NCBI GenBank assembly: GCA_963809485.1
Contig: CAWEJX010000007.1
Coordinates: 544,001-608,000, forward strand
Length of the DNA: 64,000 bases
Source: an uncultured Acidobacteriota bacterium
Lineage (GTDB): Bacteria; Acidobacteriota; UBA6911
Reading direction: 5' to 3'
Positions 1 through 9,032 of the stretch are shown here, one piece after another; position 1 is the stretch's first letter; the number at the start of each line of letters is the position of its first letter. The notes under the pieces are model-generated. The model saw only the letters and a program-made list of their open reading frames with translations, ran no database searches and had not been told where the DNA came from. The translations under genes were made by a program, and so were the position numbers.

Positions 1-1347
1 CACGACCACATCCACCGATTCCCCCGGTGTGACGACGTGCTGAACCTTGCGCTTGATGGAGGGAATCCGGCTGCGGAACGACGGGCACACAACGACAGCC
101 AGCTTCGTGCCGGCCGCCGTATCGCAATGCCCGCCGGAAGCGCCCATGATGGTTCCCTCCGAGGACGTGATCACATTCACATTAAAATTCACATCAACTT
201 CCAGCGCTCCCAACACTACGATATCCAGTTTGTTGACCATGCTTCCGCAGTTGAAAGGATTCGCGTACATGTCCGACGATATCTCGATGTGATTGCGATC
301 GCTGAACAAGGATGAACTGACAGCCGCATCAAAGGACTGGACGTCGAAAACGCTCTGAAACAACCCATGCTGCATAAGCTCGACCACGTAGGAGGTTACA
401 CCACCCAGAAGAAAGCTGCCTTTGATGCCGCGCTTTTTCATGATCTCATTGACATACTTCGCGGTCGCCAGCGAAGCTCCTCCCGCGCCGACCTGGAAGG
501 AAAAGCCGTTGGCCATGAATTCGGAATGCTCGATGACTTGGGCGGCCAGTCGGGCTATGCGCAAATCCAGAGGCGCTTTCGTGATGCGCGTCGTTCCCGA
601 CGCGATTTCGCCCACGTCTCCCAGTTGATCGACCTTCACGACATAGTCAACATCCGTCTGTTCAATGGAAATGGGAATGCAGGGATAGGGAACGATATTG
701 TCCGTTACCACGATCACCTGTTTGGCATACCGGGCATCCATGATGGCGTAACCCATCGAGCCGAATGCCGACGGGCCGCAGCATCCGGTCGCATTTCCCT
801 CCTCGTCGGCGGCCGAGGCGGCCAGAACCGCCAGATCGATACTCAATTCGCCGGTGTGAATCGCGCGGGCGCGTCCGCCGTGGGAGTGAATCACGGCACG
901 GTAGGCGAGCTTACCGGCGGAAACCGCCTTGCCCAGTTCGCCGCGCATGCCGGAGGTCCATATTTCGGTGATGGTTCCGTTCTCCAGATAGGGTATCAAA
1001 TGCGCATGGACGGCCGACAGCGAGGAGGCAGCAAGGGTGATATTCTGGATCCCCAGTTCAGCCAGGATGTCCATCGTCCGGTTGACGAGCGCGTCGCCGT
1101 TGCGCAGATGATGGTGAAAGGAAACGGTCATTCCGTCGCGAGGATTTGCTTTCTCGATGGCGGTCCTTAAATCCTTCTCCATTTTGCTGGCATGGGGCAT
1201 CTTGGCTTTCGTCGGCAGCGAAACGGTCGGTTCATCCATCCACCCCTTCCGGAGCCTCGTCCATGCTCCCTCGAAAGGCTTCAGTTTTCCACGGCCTTTC
1301 TTTTTTTCTATGAACTCCGGAATTTCCGTTCCAATGCTTGTTTTCAC
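1..1347 (-). CDS. citF: Citrate lyase alpha chain (citrate:acetyl-ACP transferase), 3' end outside window
   Basis: Missing from the ORF track because it runs off the edge. Manual minus-strand translation gives FSFQVGAGGASLA...YANPFNCG...DIVVLGALEVDVNFNVNVIT...GASGGHCDTAAG...VTPGESVDVVV. GTG start at 1347 follows a GGAGAGG RBS directly after citE. Confidence 0.93.
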   Translation of the reverse strand, partial: MKTSIGTEIPEFIEKKKGRGKLKPFEGAWTRLRKGWMDEPTVSLPTKAKMPHASKMEKDLRTAIEKANPRDGMTVSFHHHLRNGDALVNRTMDILAELGIQNITLAASSLSAVHAHLIPYLENGTITEIWTSGMRGELGKAVSAGKLAYRAVIHSHGGRARAIHTGELSIDLAVLAASAADEEGNATGCCGPSAFGSMGYAIMDARYAKQVIVVTDNIVPYPCIPISIEQTDVDYVVKVDQLGDVGEIASGTTRITKAPLDLRIARLAAQVIEHSEFMANGFSFQVGAGGASLATAKYVNEIMKKRGIKGSFLLGGVTSYVVELMQHGLFQSVFDVQSFDAAVSSSLFSDRNHIEISSDMYANPFNCGSMVNKLDIVVLGALEVDVNFNVNVITSSEGTIMGASGGHCDTAAGTKLAVVVCPSFRSRIPSIKRKVQHVVTPGESVDVVV

Positions 1348-1359
1348 GGCTGCCTCTCC

Positions 1360-2247
1360 TCACAGAGTATCCGGTTCGATGTCCGCCAGGTTCAGGATAC
1401 GCAGCGCCCGCGCAACCACCGGCGCATCCACCATTTTCCCCTGGAGCGCGAATACCCCTACGCCCGCGGCGTTATGTCGTTTATAGGCCGAGACAATGTC
1501 GATCGCATCCGCAATTTCGCTCTCGTTTGGCGAAAACACCTCATTGATGATGTCGATCTGACGAGGATTGATGGCGGCTTTTCCGGTAAAGCCGAGATGT
1601 CTGGCACGCCGGGCGGATGCGCGCAGACCATCCTCGTCGTCAATATCCACAAATACCGTGTCCATCACATCGATATGCGCCGCCTTCGCCGCCATGACGA
1701 TCCGCTGACTGGCGTATTCGAGGCTGCTGATGCTGTTTTCCAGAGTAATGCCCATGTCGGCTGCCAGATCCTGGCCGCCGATGGCAACGGCGGTGACCCT
1801 GGGAGAGGAATGGGCAATTTCCAGGGCATTTTCCACCCCGACGGCGGTTTCAATCATGGCTTCGACGGTCAGCCTGTCGTGAGGCAGATGATGCTCGTCC
1901 TCGATTTTTTCGATCAGCCGGATGACGTGCAAGACTTCAGCGGCCGATTCGATTTTTGGCAGCCGCAACCCGTCGGGCTGAATCGGCACGATCTCCCGGA
2001 GATCATCGTATCCGAAGGGAGTGTCCTGATGATTGATTCGCACGACAACTTCCGCACCGTAAAAGTCCACGGCCGGGATGGCATGTTTCAGCAAAATCCT
2101 CGCTGCGTCTTTTTCTGCGGGAGAGATGGAATCCTCAAGATCCAGCAGGACGCAATCCGCCCCGAACACTCCGCCTTGCTGGATCATGGCCGCATTGTTG
2201 CCCGGGATATACAGCATGCTCCGCCGTTTTTTGGTGTGCCTCAGCAT
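1360..2247 (-). CDS. citE: Citrate lyase beta chain (citryl-ACP lyase, HpcH/HpaI aldolase family)
   Basis: RRSMLYIPGNN, LDLEDS, G-FTGKAAINPRQI and GKMVDAPV motifs; lies between citD and citF; start set at ATG 2247. Confidence 0.93.
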   Translation of the reverse strand: MLRHTKKRRSMLYIPGNNAAMIQQGGVFGADCVLLDLEDSISPAEKDAARILLKHAIPAVDFYGAEVVVRINHQDTPFGYDDLREIVPIQPDGLRLPKIESAAEVLHVIRLIEKIEDEHHLPHDRLTVEAMIETAVGVENALEIAHSSPRVTAVAIGGQDLAADMGITLENSISSLEYASQRIVMAAKAAHIDVMDTVFVDIDDEDGLRASARRARHLGFTGKAAINPRQIDIINEVFSPNESEIADAIDIVSAYKRHNAAGVGVFALQGKMVDAPVVARALRILNLADIEPDTL

Positions 2248-2257
2248 AGCGCGCCTC

Positions 2258-2533
2258 TCATGCGGCCCGGATCGATCGGCGAACAGCCGTTTCAACGCGA
2301 GCCTGCAGGGTGGCATCCAGGGCGCCTTTATCTTTGACCAGAATCCGCACATCCGAAACGGATAGCTTTTCCAGGGTCAGTATCACCTGCTGCCGGATGC
2401 GCCGGCCGTATTGCATCATCACATTCGATTCCAGTTCGATCTGTCTGCCCGAGCCGGTGGCGACAGGTTCAACCATAACGAGTGCATCGCTGGATTCAAG
2501 CGTGCCGGACTGGGCTGGTACTTTTGGCTGCAT
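2258..2533 (-). CDS. citD: Citrate lyase acyl carrier protein (gamma chain)
   Basis: GTLESSD prosthetic-group Ser motif and DKGALD..LQARVETA; 91 aa. Confidence 0.93.
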   Translation of the reverse strand: MQPKVPAQSGTLESSDALVMVEPVATGSGRQIELESNVMMQYGRRIRQQVILTLEKLSVSDVRILVKDKGALDATLQARVETAVRRSIRAA

Positions 2534-2552
2534 AGCCTTTTCTCCTCCCCGC

Positions 2553-2858
2553 CTAAAACAGCAATATTACCCCGTCCGGATCGGGCGAAGCAATGCGTCC
2601 CGTAGGGTTTCCTCTGGCGGGGCAGCCGGGGGCAAACAGAACTATACGAAATTTGAATCTGCTCTTGAGCCGTTCGTGTCTTTTACGGCAGTCAGACCTT
2701 TCCCGGTGTTTGCCCGAAAGCCGATTTTTCAAGCATCGACGAAGGCGGCGGACCTCTTCCCGAAGCTTTTTTTCCCGCGAGCGGATCGAGAAGAGATAGA
2801 CCGCCAGCAGGATCCAGATGGCCATGTATGCGGCAAACAGAAAATGCATGGTATCCAT
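2553..2858 (-). CDS. ccmD: CcmD-family heme exporter protein D (C-terminus possibly extended by a frameshift)
   Basis: FLFAAYMAIWILLAVYLFSI TM helix followed by a basic stretch; directly after ccmC. Confidence 0.75.
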   Translation of the reverse strand: MDTMHFLFAAYMAIWILLAVYLFSIRSREKKLREEVRRLRRCLKNRLSGKHRERSDCRKRHERLKSRFKFRIVLFAPGCPARGNPTGRIASPDPDGVILLF

Positions 2859-2870
2859 AGCGATTCCTTT

Positions 2871-3560
2871 TCAGCGTAAAACATCCGACTGGCGCTCCAG
2901 CCGTTCGACCTCGGTCCGCATCGATTCCAGGTAAAACCGCCGGCGGAGAAGGTAGATCAGAAGGATCTGAAAGGCAGCCACGCACACCCAAAAAGCGGGG
3001 CGCATCGATGGCGACAATCCGCCGGTTTCCAGCATCGGCGACGGATGAATGTCGCGCCACCAGCGGATCGAAAACCAAACCAGGGGCGCGTCCACAAAAG
3101 CAATAATTCCGAAAACCGACGAAACCAGGGCTTTGCGCTCCGGATCCTCGATGTAATTGCGAATCAGCAGGTATGCCATATACAGCAGGCACAAGATGAG
3201 CGACGAAGTCAGGCGCGGCGACCAGGTCCACCAGATGAACCAGACGGGCTTGGCCCAGATCGGGCCGGTTACGAGCACGATGCCCAGAAACAAAACTCCT
3301 ACCTCTGCCGCCGACAGGGCCAGGTTGTCCCACCAGCGGTTTTTTCGGATCAGATACATCAGCGAAGCCGCGAAATTGACCGCGAACGCTGTGAGGCCGT
3401 TGATCGCCGAGGGAACGTGAAAGTAAAAGATCCGCTGGAGGTCTCCCATGGTCCTCTCCCGCGGCGCCCCGATCAGAGCCATGTAGAGCGCGAAGGCCAT
3501 GCTGAGGAAAAGGGCGACCTCCAGAGCGGTGTCCAGGCGGGACTGAAGCCTTTCACTCAT
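2871..3560 (-). CDS. ccmC: Cytochrome c biogenesis heme exporter CcmC
   Basis: RIFYFHVP, GPIWAKPVW..WWTWSPRLTS and WWRDIHP motifs. Confidence 0.92.
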   Translation of the reverse strand: MSERLQSRLDTALEVALFLSMAFALYMALIGAPRERTMGDLQRIFYFHVPSAINGLTAFAVNFAASLMYLIRKNRWWDNLALSAAEVGVLFLGIVLVTGPIWAKPVWFIWWTWSPRLTSSLILCLLYMAYLLIRNYIEDPERKALVSSVFGIIAFVDAPLVWFSIRWWRDIHPSPMLETGGLSPSMRPAFWVCVAAFQILLIYLLRRRFYLESMRTEVERLERQSDVLR

Positions 3561-3562
3561 CG

Positions 3563-4231
3563 CTAGTCCTCCAGTACGTACTCAAACAGCAGATAGGATA
3601 TCGTTCCGAACACGAGGGTGAACACCGACATTATGGTGAGCGGAAGCTTCAATTGCCCGTAATCCGCGGAATTCAGAATGATGCTGGTCGCTTCCGCGGC
3701 GTTGATCAATACCGGCAGTATGACCGGGAACAATATCAGCGGCAGCAGAACTTCCCTCATTTTGGTGTTGACGGTGACCGCGGACAGCAGGGTTCCCACC
3801 GCTGTAAAGCCGAGAGTCCCGACCGCGAACACGAGGATGAGGTAAGGAATCTCCGGCCATACGGTGAGGTTGAAAAATACCAGGCTGAAGATGAAGATCA
3901 CAAGCTCGGCGATCAGCATGAAAACGGTGGCTGCGAGCATTTTGCCGAGATAAATGACTCCGCGGTCGACGGGGACCATCAGCAGGCCCTGAAGGCAGCT
4001 GTTTTCCTTTTCCGCGGCGAAAACGCGGTTGAGGCCGAGTGTGCCTGAAAAGGCGAAGGCTACCCAAAGGATGCCGGGCGCCGCCGAGCGCATGGAGTCG
4101 TGCAACGATCCCAGGGCGAAGTTGAAGATTACTAGGACGACCACGCCGAAAAACAGCATGGAGTTGAGCGAGTCTTTTGTCCTGAACTCGATCCGCATGT
4201 CCTTCCGGAATATCGCCCAGATTTTCTTCAT
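3563..4231 (-). CDS. ccmB: Heme exporter permease CcmB
   Basis: KDMRIEFR, FAAEKENSCLQGL and REVLLPLILFP motifs; multi-TM; lies between ccmA and ccmC. Confidence 0.92.
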   Translation of the reverse strand: MKKIWAIFRKDMRIEFRTKDSLNSMLFFGVVVLVIFNFALGSLHDSMRSAAPGILWVAFAFSGTLGLNRVFAAEKENSCLQGLLMVPVDRGVIYLGKMLAATVFMLIAELVIFIFSLVFFNLTVWPEIPYLILVFAVGTLGFTAVGTLLSAVTVNTKMREVLLPLILFPVILPVLINAAEATSIILNSADYGQLKLPLTIMSVFTLVFGTISYLLFEYVLED

Positions 4232-4986
4232 GATGCTTCAGGCATTCTCCCCGTATCACCGCCCGCCGAAATAAGCGAAAGAGCTTCCTGGAATTCTGAA
4301 AAACTCACATCCGGTCTGGCAACGTCCAGGGCTGCAACGCCCTTCTCGATGGCCACAAGCCGGTCTGCCAGCTCATAACCCAGCTGCGCGTCGTGAATCG
4401 CCATAATGCAGGTTTTGCCCTGGGCATGAGCACTGTGCAGGTAGCCCCTCAGAAAGCTCGAACCGGCCTGATCCAGGCCGGTGAAGGGCTCGTCGAGAAG
4501 AAGAATGGAGGGATTGTGCAGAAAAGCCCTGGCGATAGCCAGACGCTGCTGCATGCCCCTCGAATAGTTCCGCACGGGATCCCTCTCGCGTCCGGCTAAT
4601 CCGACCTGACCGATTTTCCTCTCCAGGGTCCCGGTATCCGCGGGCACTCCCATAAGCTGCGCGTAGAAACGCAGGTTTTCAAGGGCCGTCAGATCGAGGT
4701 AGAGGGAAGTGTTGTGCGAAAGGTAGCCGATGGCGCTGCGCGCAGGCCCGGAGCCGTCCGGCTGAATCCTGAAGCTGCCGGAAGAAGGCCGGGACAATCC
4801 GGCGAGGATTCTCAGGAAAGTGGTCTTTCCCGCGCCGTTTCTTCCGAACAGTGCGACGAATTCACCGGCGCCCACGGTCAGGTTGAGGCCGCGCAGGGCG
4901 GAAAACCTGCCAAAATGTTTAGCCAGTCCGCGGACTTCGATCATATTCATAAAGAGCCGAGGGGCCGCCGCCGGCGCCCGGGTCAC
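4228..4986 (-). CDS. ccmA: Heme ABC exporter ATP-binding protein CcmA
   Basis: Walker A GRNGAGKT, YSRGMQQR signature and LLLDEPF. The start may instead be ATG 4950. Confidence 0.9.
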   Translation of the reverse strand: MTRAPAAAPRLFMNMIEVRGLAKHFGRFSALRGLNLTVGAGEFVALFGRNGAGKTTFLRILAGLSRPSSGSFRIQPDGSGPARSAIGYLSHNTSLYLDLTALENLRFYAQLMGVPADTGTLERKIGQVGLAGRERDPVRNYSRGMQQRLAIARAFLHNPSILLLDEPFTGLDQAGSSFLRGYLHSAHAQGKTCIMAIHDAQLGYELADRLVAIEKGVAALDVARPDVSFSEFQEALSLISAGGDTGRMPEAS

Positions 4987-6182
4987 CGTTTTTTGGTCAG
5001 CAGGGTAATGCGGCGCAGCCGGCGCTTGAGTTCTTCACGCTGCCTCAGGTACTCCGGACGGCCCAGGGCTTTGGATTCATACGTTTGATCCAGGGCGGCA
5101 ATCTGGCCCAGCAGTTCTTCCCGCCGCTCCCTTACTTGACGCGCGCGGGCATCCCCGGATTTGGGCGGCCCGGCTTTGGCGCGGTTGAAGCCATACCACA
5201 ACACGGTGATGAAACCCATCAGGAGCAGCGGGCCGATCACGAGGACATTCCGGCCGATAATGCCGGGTCTGGCTTCCACCGCAGATTCACCGGCCGCTTC
5301 GGAGGACGCCGCTTCCGGCGGGGCAGTACCGCCGGACAGGGTCCATGCATATTCCGATCCGGCTTTTATGGCGGCACTCCGGTAAACGGCGAAATTGCCT
5401 TGGGCGTCTTCCTGGATTTTCGACAAATCCTGTCCCGTCAAAACCATATCTTTGGGGATCGCGCCGATGTCGACGGGGCCGGCATCAAGGTAGAACTTTT
5501 TTCGATAGGTGTAGCTTCGGTTCGTGTAAGGAAGCGATTGCTGGACCTCAAAGGTGGTAACGCCGGGACGCAGGGGATACTGGCTGTAGTAGCTTTTGCC
5601 ATCGGGGCTCTCCAACGCCGCCTGGACCACGGGCATCGAGGAACCCGGCGCGGTAACCCTGATCATGGGAGTTTCCAGGATTCCCGGAGCCTTCGAGAAC
5701 CGGAAGCTCCCCTCGGGGCTCGAAAAAGTCCTGGGCGGCCTGGTTTTGTTGTTGAACGTAATCGACTCCAGCGACTTCACCTGATCGCCGGCCATCTGGA
5801 AAGCCATCCGGATTCCCTCAACCTCTATATCCTTCATCGAGGTCACAGGCTCATAGACCTCTATCTTTGCCCGGGCTCTGCCTTCTGCATCAAAACTCAC
5901 TGGAGCATAGTAATAGGCAGTCTTATAGTTTGCCCGTATCATCAGGCGCTGATCCTGAGGGAGCTCCTCGATGCGGAATTTGCCAGCGGAATCGGTTTTG
6001 GCGGATTTGAGGATGCTCATGCCCTGGCCTAATTCGACCACATCCAGTTCAACGGCGCCCGCGACGATCGATGGATCCGTCAGGTTGACCAGATTTCCTT
6101 CCACGGTCCCGCCGGCCTGCGGGTACGCCGCGGTCAGTGAGACAAGCCAGAGCCAGGCGATGGTAATGCGCATTGTTCTCAT
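4983..6182 (-). CDS. Ccm-associated hypothetical membrane protein (signal peptide, beta-rich periplasmic region, TM, C-terminal coiled/SHOCT-like tail)
   Basis: 399 aa; signal peptide; TDSAGKFRIEEL carboxypeptidase-regulatory-like pattern; TM near the C-terminus followed by RREELLGQIAALD...YLRQREELK. Confidence 0.75.
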   Translation of the reverse strand: MRTMRITIAWLWLVSLTAAYPQAGGTVEGNLVNLTDPSIVAGAVELDVVELGQGMSILKSAKTDSAGKFRIEELPQDQRLMIRANYKTAYYYAPVSFDAEGRARAKIEVYEPVTSMKDIEVEGIRMAFQMAGDQVKSLESITFNNKTRPPRTFSSPEGSFRFSKAPGILETPMIRVTAPGSSMPVVQAALESPDGKSYYSQYPLRPGVTTFEVQQSLPYTNRSYTYRKKFYLDAGPVDIGAIPKDMVLTGQDLSKIQEDAQGNFAVYRSAAIKAGSEYAWTLSGGTAPPEAASSEAAGESAVEARPGIIGRNVLVIGPLLLMGFITVLWYGFNRAKAGPPKSGDARARQVRERREELLGQIAALDQTYESKALGRPEYLRQREELKRRLRRITLLTKKR

Positions 6183-6185
6183 TTT

Positions 6186-6638
6186 CTATAACGAATGCCC
6201 GCAATCGGCACAGAACTTTTTGCCCGGAACAACCTCGGCGCCGCAGGCAGGGCATTTGAGCGAGTCCTGAACACGCCTCTTGCCGGCGGCCGGCCTCGGC
6301 GCCTTGCGCGAGGCGATGTCCTTTTCGATCAGGTCGTCAAGGTTTTCGGATGCATCCATCTGATCCAGTTTTTGAAGGATCAGCGCCGCTTCGTTTTTGT
6401 AGCCGGCGCCCAGCTGCTCAAAATCCGCATCGGACAGACGGCCCATCTTGTACTCGAGCTCCAGGTCTTTGAGATTCCTGTAGACGACCGCTTTGCGATC
6501 CAGAAGTCGGTCCAGTTCCGTCTCGGCCAGCAGTTCAATGTCCAGGGTGTCCTTCGTTTCCCTGAACAGCGGGGCCAGGATGTAAACTGCCGCCAGCACC
6601 ACAACCCCCGTGCACGCTACCCAAAGCATCTGAATCAC
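6186..6638 (-). CDS. Ccm-associated zinc-ribbon membrane protein (resembles the CcmI N-terminus)
   Basis: N-terminal TM, LKDLELEYKMGRLSDADF and a C-terminal CPACG...KFCADCG zinc ribbon. Confidence 0.78.
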   Translation of the reverse strand: MIQMLWVACTGVVVLAAVYILAPLFRETKDTLDIELLAETELDRLLDRKAVVYRNLKDLELEYKMGRLSDADFEQLGAGYKNEAALILQKLDQMDASENLDDLIEKDIASRKAPRPAAGKRRVQDSLKCPACGAEVVPGKKFCADCGHSL

Positions 6639-6672
6639 TCCCCTGCGAACCGCCCAACCACTAACCGCTAAC

Positions 6673-6974
6673 TAGTTTATGTCGCGAAACTGTTTTGTGC
6701 CGCGTAGCGGCACTATGATTTTAGCCCGGCCTTTCAAGGCCGGGAACCATGGTACAGCGAGCAGCGCGTCGCGTAGCGACGCCTGAGATTCAGCCGTCGC
6801 TACGCGACGGAAAACTTAACTCCTTACGATCCAGGCCTTAAAAGGCCTGGCTAAATTCAGCTGGCCGCTACGCGGCCTGACTCCAATTATCGGCTTCTAT
6901 GTAATATCAAATATCCTATTGACGGTTGAAAAATTTGGCTTTTTCACAAAACCCGAGTTTCGCGACAGAAACTA
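6673..6974. mobile_element. MITE-like non-coding element with 19-bp terminal inverted repeats and nested REP-like palindromes
   Basis: TAGTTTATGTCGCGAAACT (6673-6691) vs AGTTTCGCGACAGAAACTA (6956-6974), 1 mismatch. Internal GCCGCGTAGCGGC / GTCGCGTAGCGAC palindromes in mirror order. Sits within a (CTAACCG)n tract. Confidence 0.7.
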
Positions 6975-6985
6975 ACTACTAACCG

Positions 6986-8962
6986 CTAACCGCTAACCGC
7001 TAATCTATCCGGCAACAAAGCAACAATAGCTCCAATCACCATTACGGCCGATCCGAACCATACCCAGAACACCAGAGGGTTCAAGTGCGCCGCTATTTCA
7101 TACTTCGAGTCCCGGGTCGTTCCGGCGAAAACCACATATAAGTCTTCCCTGGGCGTGCTGTGAAGCGCGACCGTCGTGGTCGACTGTTGATCGGCGGTTT
7201 TGAAGACCCGTTTTTCGGGCTTCAGCGTCCGGACCAGCTTCCCATCCCGGTATGCCTGCAGGATGACTCTCCCGAATTGATAATTCGGAGTCTGCCCTTC
7301 TTCAAATCCGGCCACCTTTATTGCGTAATCCCCTATTTTCAGCTCTTCGCCGGCCGAGAGCTGACGCGTGTCTTCGCGGTTGAAGGCATTGCCGGTGAGG
7401 CCCGCAAAAATCAATATCATCGAGAAATGCACGATATATCCGCCGTAGCGCCGCCTGTTTTTAAGCGTCAGATTCAAAAGCGCCGCAGGGAAGCTTTCAC
7501 CTCTGCTCTTCGAGCGGATGCGCGCGCCCCTGTAAAATTCCTCGATGATGGTCACAAGCACGAAAGCACACAAGCTCAGGCAGACAACCGTGTAAAAATT
7601 CCGAATTCCCCCGGCAAGAAGCCCGATGCATGTGGCGGCGGCGAACACAACAGGCCAGAGGAACGCCTTTTTAAGGCTCGCCGGAGACGTCCTGCGCCAC
7701 GCGAACAGCGGACCCACGCCGGTCAGGAAGAGAAGCAGAAGGCCGATGGGTATGTTGATGTTGTTGAAAAAAGGAGGCCCGACCGTGATCTGCGTCCCCT
7801 TGATCCATCGCGAAAGCACGGGAAACATTGTTCCCCAGAAAACCGCGAAGCAGGACACAATCAGGACCAGGTTGTTGAACAGGAATGCGCTTTCCCTCGA
7901 GAGGAAGGAATCGAGGCGCCGCTCGCTTTTCAGATACGCACGCCGGACGATGATGAGGCAAAGGCTCCCAAGCAGGACAAAGGTCATGTAGCCGATGAAA
8001 AATTTTCCCAGGTTCGAGCCAGCGAAGGCGTGGACGGAACTGACGATCCCGCTGCGGGTAATGAATGTGCCGAAGATGCCCAGCAGATACGTGAAGACAA
8101 CCAGGATCATGTTCCAGATTTTCAGCATCCCTCTTCGCTCCTGCACCACCACCGAATGCAGGAATGCCGTTCCCGCAAGCCAGGGCATCAGCGATGAGTT
8201 TTCGACCGGATCCCATGCCCAGTACCCCCCCCAGCCCAGTACGACATAAGCCCACTTTCCTCCCAGGACGATCCCGATCCCCAGCAGGAGCCACGTCAGG
8301 AGAGTCCAGCGGCGCGTGGTCCGTATCCAGGTATCCCCAAGCTGCCGGGTGATGAGCGCGGCGATAGCAAATGCGAAGGGAACCACAAAACCGATGAATC
8401 CGAGATACAGGATCGGCGGGTGGATCACCATCGCCCAGTATTGAAGCAGCGGATTCAGCCCCCTGCCGTCGGCGGGAACATAAGGCTGAAGAGTGCCGTC
8501 GGCAAAAACCTGCATCAGCTGGTCAAAAGGATTCGAGAGAAAAAGATTGAGACAGAGAAAGAAGGAAAGGTTGACCATCAGGACGGCCAGAACGTAGGGC
8601 ATCATGTCCCGGTACCTGGACCGGTTCTGATATAGAACCAGTGCGCAGAAGCAGGCAGTAAAAAAAACCCACAGGAGCATCGACCCGTCGTGACCGCCCC
8701 AGACCGCGGCAATTTTGTAAAAGATGGGCAGTTCTCGGCTGCTGTTATTGGCTGCATGGGAAACGGAAAAGTCATCTGCAAGCAGAACGTAAACCAATGC
8801 GAAAAGAGCGAGGGCAATGCTGCCCGCGGAGGCATAAGCCGCGCGCTCGGCGCTTCGCACCATGCGGTCCTGCTTTTGGGACGCTCCCAGGAGGGCGGCG
8901 AACAGCGCAAATAACGACAGACACAACGCGAAAAGTAGACAAAAGTCGCCAAAATTGGCCAT
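6986..8962 (-). CDS. ccmF: Cytochrome c heme lyase CcmF
   Basis: GRGLNPLLQ, HPPILY, WGGYWAWDPVEN and RSGIVSSVHAF motifs. Confidence 0.96.
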   Translation of the reverse strand: MANFGDFCLLFALCLSLFALFAALLGASQKQDRMVRSAERAAYASAGSIALALFALVYVLLADDFSVSHAANNSSRELPIFYKIAAVWGGHDGSMLLWVFFTACFCALVLYQNRSRYRDMMPYVLAVLMVNLSFFLCLNLFLSNPFDQLMQVFADGTLQPYVPADGRGLNPLLQYWAMVIHPPILYLGFIGFVVPFAFAIAALITRQLGDTWIRTTRRWTLLTWLLLGIGIVLGGKWAYVVLGWGGYWAWDPVENSSLMPWLAGTAFLHSVVVQERRGMLKIWNMILVVFTYLLGIFGTFITRSGIVSSVHAFAGSNLGKFFIGYMTFVLLGSLCLIIVRRAYLKSERRLDSFLSRESAFLFNNLVLIVSCFAVFWGTMFPVLSRWIKGTQITVGPPFFNNINIPIGLLLLFLTGVGPLFAWRRTSPASLKKAFLWPVVFAAATCIGLLAGGIRNFYTVVCLSLCAFVLVTIIEEFYRGARIRSKSRGESFPAALLNLTLKNRRRYGGYIVHFSMILIFAGLTGNAFNREDTRQLSAGEELKIGDYAIKVAGFEEGQTPNYQFGRVILQAYRDGKLVRTLKPEKRVFKTADQQSTTTVALHSTPREDLYVVFAGTTRDSKYEIAAHLNPLVFWVWFGSAVMVIGAIVALLPDRLAVSG

Positions 8963-9032
8963 GAACCCTACCTGCAGCTGAATTTTGGATCGGTATTTTC
9001 AGACTTCACGCCGAGCAAGCATCCATGGGCTG

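Noticed and set aside
37-1170. Plus-strand ORFs 37-315, 47-292 and 367-1170
   Set aside because: Antisense shadows of citF, which the ORF track missed because it runs off the window.
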